Positions 38,843 to 48,453 are shown, counted from the first letter of the stretch. The stretch: DNA of 64,000 nucleotides from an uncultured Chloroflexia bacterium (GCA_963712745.1 CAVQJC010000017.1:388190-452189), one strand, 5' to 3'. Notes: a model not told the origin generated them from the letters alone. A program made the numbers and translations.

Positions 38843-39478
38843 CTACTTGAGCACGTAGATGGTCAGGAACAGCAGGACCCACACGACGTCCACGAAGTGC
38901 CAGTAGTAGTGCACGGCCTCCACTGCCACGTGGTGGCGCCTGGTGAACTGCCCGGCGATCCCTCTGCTGAGGATGACCAGCAGCCCGATGACGCCTCCCA
39001 GCACGTGCGCGCCATGGAAGCCGGTCATGGTGTAGAAGAGCGTGCCGTAGACGCCGCTGTCGATGCCGAAGTCGTCGACCGTGATGAGCGTGTAGTAGTC
39101 GTAGGCCTGCATGCCCAGGAAGATGACACCGAGGATCAGTGTCACGGCCACGGCGCGGTTGAGACCGGTGCGGTCACCCTTGCGGATGCGGCTCGTGCCC
39201 CACTGCATCGTCACCGAGCTGATGAGCAGGACGACCGTGGCGATGATGGGCAGGCCGATGGGCTCGATGAACTCCGTGCCCTCGGGCGGGAAGACCGGCA
39301 GCGTAGCCCTGGCGTTGAAGTAGGCCGCGAACAGCGCCGCGAAGAACATCACCTCGCTGGCGATGAACAGCATCATCCCCAGCAGCGCGGGGTCCATGCC
39401 GCCGCGCTTGGCGTCGTGTCCGGAGACGATCTCCTCCTCGGGCATCTGCGGGTCGAGCACGTCGGTGGTGGCCGTCAT
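38843..39478 (-). CDS. ctaE: Cytochrome c oxidase subunit III
   Basis: FIASEVMFF, TGFHGAHV and YWHFVDVVW motifs. Confidence 0.95.
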   Translation of the reverse strand: MTATTDVLDPQMPEEEIVSGHDAKRGGMDPALLGMMLFIASEVMFFAALFAAYFNARATLPVFPPEGTEFIEPIGLPIIATVVLLISSVTMQWGTSRIRKGDRTGLNRAVAVTLILGVIFLGMQAYDYYTLITVDDFGIDSGVYGTLFYTMTGFHGAHVLGGVIGLLVILSRGIAGQFTRRHHVAVEAVHYYWHFVDVVWVLLFLTIYVLK

Positions 39479-41142
39479 GATGCGGCTCCCTCGATCTCAG
39501 GCGCCGGTTCGGGCGTGGGCCCGTGGCCGACACCCGGGTACTTCTGGTCGAACCATGGCCGCTCGGAACGTACCTCCGGCAGCCCGTCGAAGTTCCACGG
39601 CGGGGGCGGGCTGGTGGTGGCCCACTCGAGGGCGTTGGCGTCCCACGGGTCAGCCTCGTGCTCCATGGGCTTGCGCAGCGTGGTGAAGACGTTCCACAGG
39701 AACGGCAGCACGCTGAACGCGATCATGAAGGCGCCGATGGTGGAGAGGAAGTTGAGCTCCGTCCATCCGGCGTTGCCCGAGTAGTCGGAGATGCGCCGGA
39801 TCATGCCGTCGAGCCCGAGCATGTGCTGCGGGAAGAAGGCCAGGTTGGTGCCGATGAAGAGGAGCCAGAACTGGATCTTGCCCAGGCGCTCGTCGAGGCG
39901 CCGGCCGCTCATCTTGGGGAACCAGTAGAACAGCGCCGCGAAGATGGCGAACACGGCCCCAGCCACCAGCACGTAGTGGATGTGCGAGACGACCCAGTAG
40001 GTCGAGTGGACCATGAAGTCGAAGGGCACCACCGCGAGGAAGGCGCCGTCGAGGCCGCCGATGAGGAAGAGCGCGATGAAGCCGACCGCGTAGAGCATGG
40101 GCGTATCGAAGCGCAGGTGGCCACCCCACATCGTGGCCAGCCAGTTGAAGAACTTCACTCCGGTGGGCACGGCGATGAGGAAGGTGAAGAAGCTGAAGAA
40201 GGGCAGCGACACCGCGCCGGTCACGAACATGTGGTGGGCCCAGACGGTGAAGCCAAGGGCGCCGATGGCGGCGGTGGCGATGACGAATGCCTTGTAGCCG
40301 AAGAGCGGCTTGCGGCTGAAGACCGGGATGATCTCGCTGATGACCCCGAAGGCCGGCAGGATCAGGATGTAGACCTCGGGGTGGCCGAAGAACCAGAAGA
40401 TGTGCTGCCACAGCACCGGGCTGCCGCCCATGGCCGGGTCGAAGAAGCCGCCGCCGTAGTTGCGGTCGATGAAGATCATGATCAGGCCGGCGGCGATCAC
40501 CGGCAGCGAGAAGAGCAGCAGGATGGAGGTCACCAGCGTCGTCCAGCAGAACATGGGCATGCGCAGCAAGCCCATGCCGGGGGCGCGCATCTTGAAGATG
40601 GTGACCAGGAAGTTGATGGCGCCGAAGATGGAGCTGAAGCCGAGGACCACCAGACCCAGCAGCAGCAGATCGACGCCGCTCATGGGTGTGAAGTCGGTGT
40701 TGGCCGAGAGCGGCACGTAGAGCGTCCAGCCGGTCGGTGAGCCGCCGAAGGCGAAGGCGCTGACGATGAGGATGGCGCCCGCCACGAGCATCCAGTAGGA
40801 CAAGGCGTTGATGCGCGGGAAGGCCATGTCGGCCGCACCCAGCTGCAGGGGCACGATGTAGTTCGCCAAGCCCGTGGTCATGGGCATGACGAACAGGAAG
40901 ATCATCATGACCGCGTGCATGCCGAAGAGCTGGTTGTAGGTGGCCTGGTCGAACATCTGGAGACCGGGTACGGCCAGCTCGGTGCGGATGCCCAGCGCCA
41001 GCACGCCGCCGAGCATGAAGAAGGCGAAGGACGTGATGATGTACATCACGCCGATCTTCTTGTGGTCGGTCGTGGTCAGCCACTCGATGACGGTCGAGCG
41101 TCGGCTCACATGCGTGCCTGCATGGGCAGTGGCGGTGCCCAT
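39475..41142 (-). CDS. ctaD: Heme-copper oxidase subunit I, A1 type
   Basis: TDHKKIG, DMAFPRIN, WFFGHPEVY, VWAHH, PTGVK, SHIHY and RR motifs. Confidence 0.97.
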   Translation of the reverse strand: MGTATAHAGTHVSRRSTVIEWLTTTDHKKIGVMYIITSFAFFMLGGVLALGIRTELAVPGLQMFDQATYNQLFGMHAVMMIFLFVMPMTTGLANYIVPLQLGAADMAFPRINALSYWMLVAGAILIVSAFAFGGSPTGWTLYVPLSANTDFTPMSGVDLLLLGLVVLGFSSIFGAINFLVTIFKMRAPGMGLLRMPMFCWTTLVTSILLLFSLPVIAAGLIMIFIDRNYGGGFFDPAMGGSPVLWQHIFWFFGHPEVYILILPAFGVISEIIPVFSRKPLFGYKAFVIATAAIGALGFTVWAHHMFVTGAVSLPFFSFFTFLIAVPTGVKFFNWLATMWGGHLRFDTPMLYAVGFIALFLIGGLDGAFLAVVPFDFMVHSTYWVVSHIHYVLVAGAVFAIFAALFYWFPKMSGRRLDERLGKIQFWLLFIGTNLAFFPQHMLGLDGMIRRISDYSGNAGWTELNFLSTIGAFMIAFSVLPFLWNVFTTLRKPMEHEADPWDANALEWATTSPPPPWNFDGLPEVRSERPWFDQKYPGVGHGPTPEPAPEIEGAAS

Positions 41143-41243
41143 TACCTGGACTCCGCGCCGGTGTCAGCGCTTCCGAACATCTGGCTGCCGAGTCGTGCCT
41201 GACGCGACAAGAATCCCCCTCCCTCACTCAAAGTGTGACTGCC

Positions 41244-41262
41244 GGACTGGCATATCATAGCG
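41244..41262 (-). promoter_or_regulatory. Promoter element of ctaD (TATGAT -10), near-identical to that of ctaC
   Basis: GGACTGGCATATCATAGCG matches 44933-44951 at 17/19 positions. Confidence 0.6.
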
Positions 41263-41431
41263 GCCCGCCCAGTGAACCGTTGGCCGCGTTCTCCTCCATC
41301 ACAGGTGGCCTCCAGTGCACGTGGGGTCCGCCGGCTTCCGGGAGCCGGTCAGGTGCCTTGCCTGGCGACGTAGGATGTGTGCCTGCACTCGGGCACCCCC
41401 GCCCGTGTGAGTACCGTGAGGGAGGGTTCCC

Positions 41432-42295
41432 ATGCCCATGAGAAGACTGATCGCACTATCGGCCGCAGCGCTGGCGGCCGTGGCACTGGCGGGTGTACCC
41501 GTGTTGGCGCAGGATGCCGAGGAAGACGCTGAGATGATGTCGGATACGGCATACGAGCTCAACGTCACGCTCCAGGAGTGGGCGGTCCTCCCCGACAGCC
41601 TGAGCATCCCCGCCGGGACCGTCACCATCAACGCCACCAACATCGGTCCCATGGACCCGCATGAGCTGGTCGTGGTCAAGACGGACATCCCGGCCGGCGA
41701 GCTGCCGACCAACGACGATGGCAGCTTCAACGAGGACGCTGAGGGCGTCGAGGTCATCGGCGAGATCGAGGAGTTCGATGTCGGGCTGACCGAGTCGATG
41801 ACGTTCGATCTTGCGCCTGGCAACTACGTGTTCCTGTGCAACCTCGTCGAGATGGAAGACGACATGACCGAAGCCCACTACCAGATGGGGATGTGGATCG
41901 GCGTCGAGGTCACCGAACCGGCCGGCAACGAGCTCAACGTCACGCTCCAGGAGTGGGCGGTCCTCCCCGACAGCCTGAGCATCCCCGCCGGGACCGTCAC
42001 CATCAACGCCACCAACATCGGTCCCATGGACCCGCATGAGCTGGTCGTGGTCAAGACGGACATCCCGGCCGGCGAGCTGCCGACCAACGACGATGGCAGC
42101 TTCAACGAGGACGCTGAGGGCGTCGAGGTCATCGGCGAGATCGAGGAGTTCGATGTCGGGCTGACCGAGTCGATGACGTTCGATCTTGCGCCTGGCAACT
42201 ACGTGTTCCTGTGCAACCTCGTCGAGATGGAAGACGACATGACCGAAGCCCACTACCAGATGGGGATGTGGATCGGCGTCGAGGTCACCGCTTGA
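41432..42295 (+). CDS. Secreted tandem cupredoxin (blue copper; auracyanin/sulfocyanin-like)
   Basis: Signal peptide; two copies of PHELVV...PGNYVFLC-x12-H-YQMG-M. Confidence 0.85.
   Translation: MPMRRLIALSAAALAAVALAGVPVLAQDAEEDAEMMSDTAYELNVTLQEWAVLPDSLSIPAGTVTINATNIGPMDPHELVVVKTDIPAGELPTNDDGSFNEDAEGVEVIGEIEEFDVGLTESMTFDLAPGNYVFLCNLVEMEDDMTEAHYQMGMWIGVEVTEPAGNELNVTLQEWAVLPDSLSIPAGTVTINATNIGPMDPHELVVVKTDIPAGELPTNDDGSFNEDAEGVEVIGEIEEFDVGLTESMTFDLAPGNYVFLCNLVEMEDDMTEAHYQMGMWIGVEVTA
41553..42290 (+). repeat. 363-bp direct repeat (41553-41915 and 41928-42290)
   Basis: Identical translation and apparently identical nucleotides; period 375 bp. Confidence 0.92.
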
Positions 42296-42434
42296 TGCCC
42301 TAGTCGGATCCGAACATCGCTCGAGTCGTCGAGGCAGCGGCCCGGTTGCACGGGTCCGCTGCCTCATGCATTCACGGCGGCGGGACCGTCCGCTGGTGTG
42401 GCCAGTGCGGCAGTCGCCAGGAGGGAGGAACAGG

Positions 42435-43607
42435 ATGTTGCCTCGAAGGCGAGTCGCGCTGTTGGGGAGCCTGGCGCTGGCTGGTGCTCTGTCGTTCCCC
42501 GCGGGCGCCCAGGACGTATCGGTCGAAGTCCTGGCCGGGGGCCTCGATGCGCCACGTGGCCTGGCCGTGGCCAGCGATGGCTCCATCTATGTCGCTGAGG
42601 CCGGGCTCGCGGGCGATGAGTGTTCTACGGAGATTCCCGGTCGCGGTCGCCTGTGCTACGGGCTCTCTGGCGGCGTTACCCGCATCAGTGATGGCAAGGC
42701 GCAGCGCGTCGTCGAAGGCCTACCCTCGCTGAGCACGGGTCCGGATGTGGTCGGGCCCTCCGATGTCGCGATGATCGACGACGTTTCGTTCTACGTCATC
42801 ACCAATCTCGGGAGTCACCCCGCCGATCGAGCGGCTATCCCGGGTGGCATCGGTGACCTGGCGGGTTGGCTACTGACCGCTTCCACGGACGGTACGTTCG
42901 ATCCGTTCGTGGACGTGGCAAGCTTCGAGGAGACCACGAACCCCGACTCTGATCAGACCGGCGGCGAGGTCTTCTCGAACCCGCACTCGGTGGCCATCTT
43001 CGAGGACGGCGTGGCGGTGGTCGACGCTGGAGGCAACTCGCTGTTGAAGGTCAGCGACAGCGGCGAGATCACGTTGCTCGCGGTGATCCCGTCGCTGATG
43101 GTCGACTACACGCCCGGTGTCGGTTCGACGGCAGAGGAGGGCGGAGTGGATCCGAGCGCCACGCCCGGAGAGCTCTTGACCGTCCCTGTCCAGGCTGTTC
43201 CCACGTCGGTCGCCGTCGGACTTGACGGCGCGCTCTATGTCGGCCAGCTGGTCGGCGGTCCGTATCCCACTGGAGAAGCGGCCGTCTGGCGCGTGGTGCC
43301 TGGTGAAGCGCCAACGCGCTACGCGAGCGGCTTCACCAACATCATCGACATCGCCTTTGGCCTGGACGGAACACTGTATGTCGCCGAGCTCGCGACCGAG
43401 AGCCTGGCCGGTGTCTTCGAAGGCCAGACGGGCCCTGTTGGCGCCGTCCTGGCTGTGCCCCCCGGTGGCGGCAGTGCCGAGGTCCTCATCTCGGATTTGC
43501 GGGTGGTGGCCCCAGGCGGGATCGCCGTAGATGCCGAGGGCTCCATCTACCTCTCGACCGGCACGCTCACGCCAGGAGGTGGGTCGGTCGTGCGGATCCG
43601 TTCCTAG
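42435..43607 (+). CDS. ScyD/ScyE-family secreted beta-propeller protein
   Basis: GLDAPRGLA, YVAEAG, SNPHSV, DAGGNSLL, QAVPTSVAVG and GFTNIIDIAF motifs. Confidence 0.85.
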   Translation: MLPRRRVALLGSLALAGALSFPAGAQDVSVEVLAGGLDAPRGLAVASDGSIYVAEAGLAGDECSTEIPGRGRLCYGLSGGVTRISDGKAQRVVEGLPSLSTGPDVVGPSDVAMIDDVSFYVITNLGSHPADRAAIPGGIGDLAGWLLTASTDGTFDPFVDVASFEETTNPDSDQTGGEVFSNPHSVAIFEDGVAVVDAGGNSLLKVSDSGEITLLAVIPSLMVDYTPGVGSTAEEGGVDPSATPGELLTVPVQAVPTSVAVGLDGALYVGQLVGGPYPTGEAAVWRVVPGEAPTRYASGFTNIIDIAFGLDGTLYVAELATESLAGVFEGQTGPVGAVLAVPPGGGSAEVLISDLRVVAPGGIAVDAEGSIYLSTGTLTPGGGSVVRIRS

Positions 43608-43610
43608 ACC

Positions 43611-44901
43611 CTACGGCACGACCGTCAGGGTCCCGGTCATCTGCAGCGGGTGGATCTCGCAGCGGAAGAAGTAGGGACCCGGTGTCGAGGGAGCGGTGAA
43701 CGTGACTTCCGTGACGGCGCCAGGACCGGTGATGGTCTCCGACTCGATCGATCTCCTGGCTGCTGGCATCCGGACCGTCGTAGAAGGCGATGTTGTGCGG
43801 CACGTTGGAGTCGTTGCGGTAGGTCACGGTGACCGTCTGACCGGCGGGTGCCTCCAAGTCTGATGTGTCGTAGGCGATGGCCTTGTCGGCGGTGGTATTG
43901 ACTTCGAGCATGACCACCTCGCCTGCCGGCACGTCACCAGCTGCGGGCACCTCGCCTGCCGGCACGTCACCAGCTGCGGGCACCTCGCCTGCCGGCACGT
44001 CACCAGCTGCGGGCACCTCGCCTGCCGGCACGTCACCAGCTGCGGGCGGGACCTGCGTCTGCTCGGCCAGCCAGGCGTCGTAGTCGGCCGGCGCCATGGC
44101 GTTGACCGAGAAGAACATGTCGCCGTGGGCCAGGCCGCAGAATTCGGCACACTGCCCGCCATAGATGCCCGGCTGCTCGATGGTCAGCTCGAACTCGTTG
44201 AGCCGCCCGGGGATGGCGTCGCGCTTGAAGAAGAACGAAGGCACGTACCAGGAGTGGATGACGTCCGCCGCGTTCAGGCGGATGAGTACCGGTTCGCCGA
44301 CCGGAAGTCTCATCTCCGGCGCGCCTTCGCGGCCGCCGCCCGAGATGGTGATGCCGACGGGCTGGTACTGGCCGGTCTCGGTGTCGAACGTGGCGGGATC
44401 CTGGTATTCGAAGATCCAGCCGAAGCGGAAGGCAGTCACATCGACGACCGCACCGTGTTCCTCGGACTTGGATTCGACCCCGGTGAGGACGACCGTGGAG
44501 CCGATGAACAGTACGAACACGACGGCCATGGGGATGGCGGTCCAGATGATCTCGAGCTTGTTGCTGCCGTGGACCTGCTCGGGCAGGTCGTCACCCTCGC
44601 TGCGCTTTCGGAAGCGCAGCGCCAGGAACAGCAGCAGGCCCTCGATGAGGATGAAGATGGCGACGGCGATGAGGAAGATGGGCAGGTACAGCCCGGCCGA
44701 GGCGATGCCCTCGGTGGTCACGACCTCATGCGGGAAGCCGATGCCGTTCGACGTCTGACCGAAGAGATTGGGCGCGGCGGAGTCGCCGGTCGGGTTCGTA
44801 TTGCTCTGTTCGGTGCACGCCGCGATGACCGCGGCCACAGCCGGGACTGTCGCGAGTTTGGCAAGGCGGCCACGCCAGCCGCCCGCTGCCGGGATACGCA
44901 A
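43611..44901 (-). CDS. ctaC: Cytochrome oxidase subunit II (CuA) fused to a C-terminal cupredoxin domain; frameshift at about 43746-43753
   Basis: Lipobox-like IAAC; HGSNKLEIIWT; DVIHSW; CAEFCGLAHGDM; then PHNIAF and, in the shifted frame, YFFRCEIHPLQMTGTL ending at the TAG at 43611. Confidence 0.88.
43915..44046 (-). repeat. 33-bp tandem repeat x4 encoding the (PAAGDVPAGEV)4 linker in ctaC
   Basis: Four perfect copies of CACCTCGCCTGCCGGCACGTCACCAGCTGCGGG. Confidence 0.95.
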
Positions 44902-44932
44902 GGAATCTCCCCCTGTTTCTGTTCCTTCCTCA

Positions 44933-44951
44933 GGACCGGGATATCATAGCG
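44933..44951 (-). promoter_or_regulatory. Promoter element of ctaC (TATGAT -10); overlaps a TATCAT -10 on the opposite strand upstream of ctaG
   Basis: GGACCGGGATATCATAGCG, shared with the ctaD upstream region. Confidence 0.55.
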
Positions 44952-44956
44952 ACTAG

Positions 44957-45994
44957 ATGCACATTTGCGTGCGCCATTTCGCCAACCTCCACATCGGTCG
45001 ACCGGCGCACCGAGAGACTCCCCGTCTCGGACTTCGAACCCGCTCGCTGTTGGCAGCCGCCGCGGCGCTCTTGCTGCTGCCCGCGGGGGCCGCTGCCCAC
45101 GGCCAGGCCCCGCTCGAGCCGACGCCGGCCATCCTCCTGGAAGGCTGGTCCTTCATGGTCGACGTCTGGCTGCCCGTCATCCTGGCCGCATTCGTCTACT
45201 GGCAGGCGCGAAGCCTGGTGAACCGGCGCCACCCCGCCAACCCGGTTCCGCGCTGGCGGCTGTGGTCGTGGCTGGGGGGGCTGGGCGCCATCATCCTGGC
45301 CCTGGCATCGCCCATCGAGTTCTACGACACCACGCTCTTCTCGGTGCACATGGTCCAGCACCTGTTGCTGTCGTTCGTGGCTGCACCGCTGCTGGTCCTG
45401 GCTGCACCCATCACGCTGCTGTTGCGTGCCTCCTCACCCGAGGCCCGCAAGCGCTGGATCCTGCCGGTCCTCCACTCTCGCGTGGTCTGGATCGTCTCGT
45501 ACCCGCTGGTGGCGTGGGTGCTGTTCGCGGGCGTCATGTGGTTCTCGCACTTCTCCCCGCTCTTCGATGCCGCGCTTGACGACTTCGGGCTGCACCGCAT
45601 CGAGCACGCGCTGTTCCTGGGCTCGGCGTTGCTGTTCTGGTGGCCGGTCATCGGCGCCGATCCCAGTCCGCACCGGATGAGCCACCCGGCCCGCATCCTC
45701 TACCTGGCCCTGGGCATGCCGCTGTCGTCCCTGCTGGGGCTGGTCATCTTCTCCGCCCGCACCGTGCTGTACGAGCACTACGAGACGCTCGCTCGCGACT
45801 GGGGCCCGACCGTGCTGGAGGACCAGGCCATGGCTGGCGGCATCATGTGGGCCGGCGGCGACGGGGTCTTCGTGCTCGCTCTGGTGCTGGCGGTGGCTGC
45901 CTGGCTGCGGCACGAGGAACAGGAGAACAAGCGCGAGGATGCACGGCTCGCGCGCGCCCGCGCCGCGGCGGCACGAGCGGCTCGGGTGGAGTAG
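44957..45994 (+). CDS. ctaG: Cytochrome c oxidase assembly protein, Caa3_CtaG family (start uncertain)
   Basis: LFSVHMVQHLLL, APLLVL, EHALFL and DQAMAGGIMW motifs. Confidence 0.88.
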   Translation: MHICVRHFANLHIGRPAHRETPRLGLRTRSLLAAAAALLLLPAGAAAHGQAPLEPTPAILLEGWSFMVDVWLPVILAAFVYWQARSLVNRRHPANPVPRWRLWSWLGGLGAIILALASPIEFYDTTLFSVHMVQHLLLSFVAAPLLVLAAPITLLLRASSPEARKRWILPVLHSRVVWIVSYPLVAWVLFAGVMWFSHFSPLFDAALDDFGLHRIEHALFLGSALLFWWPVIGADPSPHRMSHPARILYLALGMPLSSLLGLVIFSARTVLYEHYETLARDWGPTVLEDQAMAGGIMWAGGDGVFVLALVLAVAAWLRHEEQENKREDARLARARAAAARAARVE

Positions 45995-46060
45995 CGCGAG
46001 CGCACGGGGGCCGGTGGAGCGATCGGCCGACAGCGCCAGAGGGCCGACCGGGTCATCTGC

Positions 46061-46399
46061 TCAGTGCAGCTTGTCGTCGAGCCGCGTGACGAGCAGTCGG
46101 TCTCCATCCGTCTTGTAGGTGACGACGATCTGGTCGCCGAGGACCTTGTGCTCGGCCAGGTGCGGCGCGGGGAACTCGGGCCGGAACTCGAGCGCCGAGG
46201 TATCGAAGGTCAGCTTCTCGCCGCCCGGAGTGAGCAACTCGAAGCCGTCGACCCGGCCCAGGGCAGGCGAGTCGACCGCGATGACGATGCCAGTCTCCTG
46301 CCGCAGGGTCGGCTCGCAGGCCACGGCCGTCACCACCACGAGTGCCGCCATCGCTACCGCGGATGCTTTCTGCAGCGCCGAGCGCCATCGCCCCCGCAT
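46061..46399 (-). CDS. Small putative lipoprotein, beta-rich, with a HLAEH motif
   Basis: Lipobox-like AVAC; directly downstream of ctaA-ctaB. Confidence 0.6.
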   Translation of the reverse strand: MRGRWRSALQKASAVAMAALVVVTAVACEPTLRQETGIVIAVDSPALGRVDGFELLTPGGEKLTFDTSALEFRPEFPAPHLAEHKVLGDQIVVTYKTDGDRLLVTRLDDKLH

Positions 46400-46408
46400 C
46401 GGACGGCG

Positions 46409-48358
46409 CTAGGGGAGCGGGATGAAGAAGGCCACGTCGAGGACGATCAGTGCGAAGAGCGCGGTGAGGTAGGTGATCGAGTACTTGTAGATCTTCACGG
46501 CGCGCTTGTCGGTGCCTTCGCGAGCCATGGCGAAGGCCTGGAACAGGAACAACCCACCCAGGACCAGCGCCCCCGCCAGGAAGAGCAGGCCCATGTGTGC
46601 GACCGCGAAGAAGACCAGCGTCAGCGCCACCATCAGCACCGTGTAGAGAGCGATCTGATGGGTCGTCTCTCGCACGCCGTGGGTCACCGGCAGCATGGGC
46701 ACGTTGGCGGCGGCGTAGTCACCGCGGATGCGCAGTGCCAGGGCCCAGAAGTGGGGCGGCGTCCAGTAGAAGACGATGGCGAAGAGGAAGAGCGCCGGCA
46801 GCGCGATGTCGCCGGTGACGGCGGCCCAGCCGATGACCGGCGGCAGTGCACCCGCGGCACCCCCGAGCACGATGTTCTGTGGGGTCGAGCGCTTCAGCAG
46901 CAGTGTGTAGACGACGACATAGAAGGCCACTGCCAGGAGGGTCAGGAAGGCCGCCACGAGGTTGGTGGTGAAGGCCAGCCAGGTGAAGGAGATGACCGTC
47001 AGCAGCAGTCCGAAGAGCAGCGCGTCGTGCGGCGCGATCGAATGTGCCGGCAGCGGCCTACGCTGCGTTCGCACCATGATCATGTCGATGTCCCGGTCGA
47101 GGTAATTGTTGATGGCGTTGGCCGCGCCGGCGGCGACCGTGCCGCCGATGAGCGTGGCCAGCACGAGCCAGGCGAAGGGCAGCGGGTCGAGGCCGTCGAC
47201 GAAGCGCCAGGCCAGCACCATGGCTGGCACCGTCGTCACCAGCAGCAACTCGATGATGCGGGGTTTGGTGAGGGCGACGTAGGCCCGCGCCTTGACCCCG
47301 ATGGGAGTCGCCTGCGAGGAGCCCCGGGCGACCGGTGAGGTGGAGGCGGCCGCTTCCACCTCGTCCAGGGGCGCGGCATCGTCCGTGACCGCCAGGCCTG
47401 CGGCACGGGCGTCGTACCAGCTGTACAGCGCGGCCGTGATGATCAGGCCCCAGATGGCCCCGCCCAGCGCGAGATGCGCCGAGACTGCCCAGGCTGCCAA
47501 GGTCGACCAGATCTGGAACGCGCCGACCACGACCTGCACCACGTACAGCGCTGCGGCTGTGCCCACCAGGCCGAAGACGCGGTTGGCGGCATCGGAGCGA
47601 CCGGGGTCGGCTGCCGCATCGCGCGCTTCGCGCCAGGTCCAGATGGTGGCGCCGAGCATGATGAAGCCCACGATGAGCGCTGCCACGCGGTGGGCGAAGT
47701 GGTGCATCTGCAGCAATGCCGCGTCGGGGTTCTCGTTCCAGGTCGGGAGGAGCTGACCGTCGAACAACGGCCAATCGGGGAAGACCAGCGAGGCCGCGTT
47801 CACCGTGACGTTGGAGCCGAACAGCATGAGCACGTACACCGAGGCCGCCGCGAAACCGACCACGAGCGTCGTCCGCTGGGAGCCACCTTCACGCGGCAGG
47901 TCGGTCGCGTAGCGCGAACGCACGAAGACGAGGATGGTGGAGGCCAGGATGAGCATGGACACCGCCAGGTGGGCGGTGACCGACTCGCTGGAGTTGCCCG
48001 ACTCCACGGTCCAGCGCCCGAGCATGGCCTGGAAGCCGGTGAGCAGGATGGCCGCCAGAGCGGCCACGACGATCGAGCGCGTGGCGCGATGGAGCCGCCA
48101 GGCCTGCACCCCGAGGCCGAGCACGAGGAAGCCGACGACGACCGCCCACCAGCGATGGATGGACTCGATCCAGTCGGCCCGGTCCCAGGCGCCGGGCCCA
48201 TCGAGCGCGGGGATGATGGCGCCACGGCAGAGCGGCCAGTCGCCGCAGCCAAGGCCGGAGCCGGTGCTGCGCACGATGACGCCGATGACGATCATCACGT
48301 AGACCGCCACGATGGTGGTGAGGGCCAGCTTCTGGAAGCCGGTGAGCCGGAAGTTCAT
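46409..48358 (-). CDS. ctaB: Fused heme A synthase (CtaA/COX15) and heme O synthase (CtaB/CyoE)
   Basis: N-half: GLGCGDWPLC, ESIHR, HLA, HR; C-half: LTKPRIIELL, NNYLDRDID, RTQRRPL, WTPPHFWAL. Confidence 0.92.
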   Translation of the reverse strand: MNFRLTGFQKLALTTIVAVYVMIVIGVIVRSTGSGLGCGDWPLCRGAIIPALDGPGAWDRADWIESIHRWWAVVVGFLVLGLGVQAWRLHRATRSIVVAALAAILLTGFQAMLGRWTVESGNSSESVTAHLAVSMLILASTILVFVRSRYATDLPREGGSQRTTLVVGFAAASVYVLMLFGSNVTVNAASLVFPDWPLFDGQLLPTWNENPDAALLQMHHFAHRVAALIVGFIMLGATIWTWREARDAAADPGRSDAANRVFGLVGTAAALYVVQVVVGAFQIWSTLAAWAVSAHLALGGAIWGLIITAALYSWYDARAAGLAVTDDAAPLDEVEAAASTSPVARGSSQATPIGVKARAYVALTKPRIIELLLVTTVPAMVLAWRFVDGLDPLPFAWLVLATLIGGTVAAGAANAINNYLDRDIDMIMVRTQRRPLPAHSIAPHDALLFGLLLTVISFTWLAFTTNLVAAFLTLLAVAFYVVVYTLLLKRSTPQNIVLGGAAGALPPVIGWAAVTGDIALPALFLFAIVFYWTPPHFWALALRIRGDYAAANVPMLPVTHGVRETTHQIALYTVLMVALTLVFFAVAHMGLLFLAGALVLGGLFLFQAFAMAREGTDKRAVKIYKYSITYLTALFALIVLDVAFFIPLP

Positions 48359-48453
48359 GGGCAGGCGCGATCGTACCAAGGCTCACGACCGAGCGTGGTC
48401 GTCGCTGATGGCGGCACCGGCGCGCTCCGCGGTTCCGGAGTACCTTTGCCGCG

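Noticed and set aside
44965-44985. Rex-like operator upstream of ctaC
   Set aside because: Too degenerate relative to TTGTGAA-N4-TTCACAA to call.
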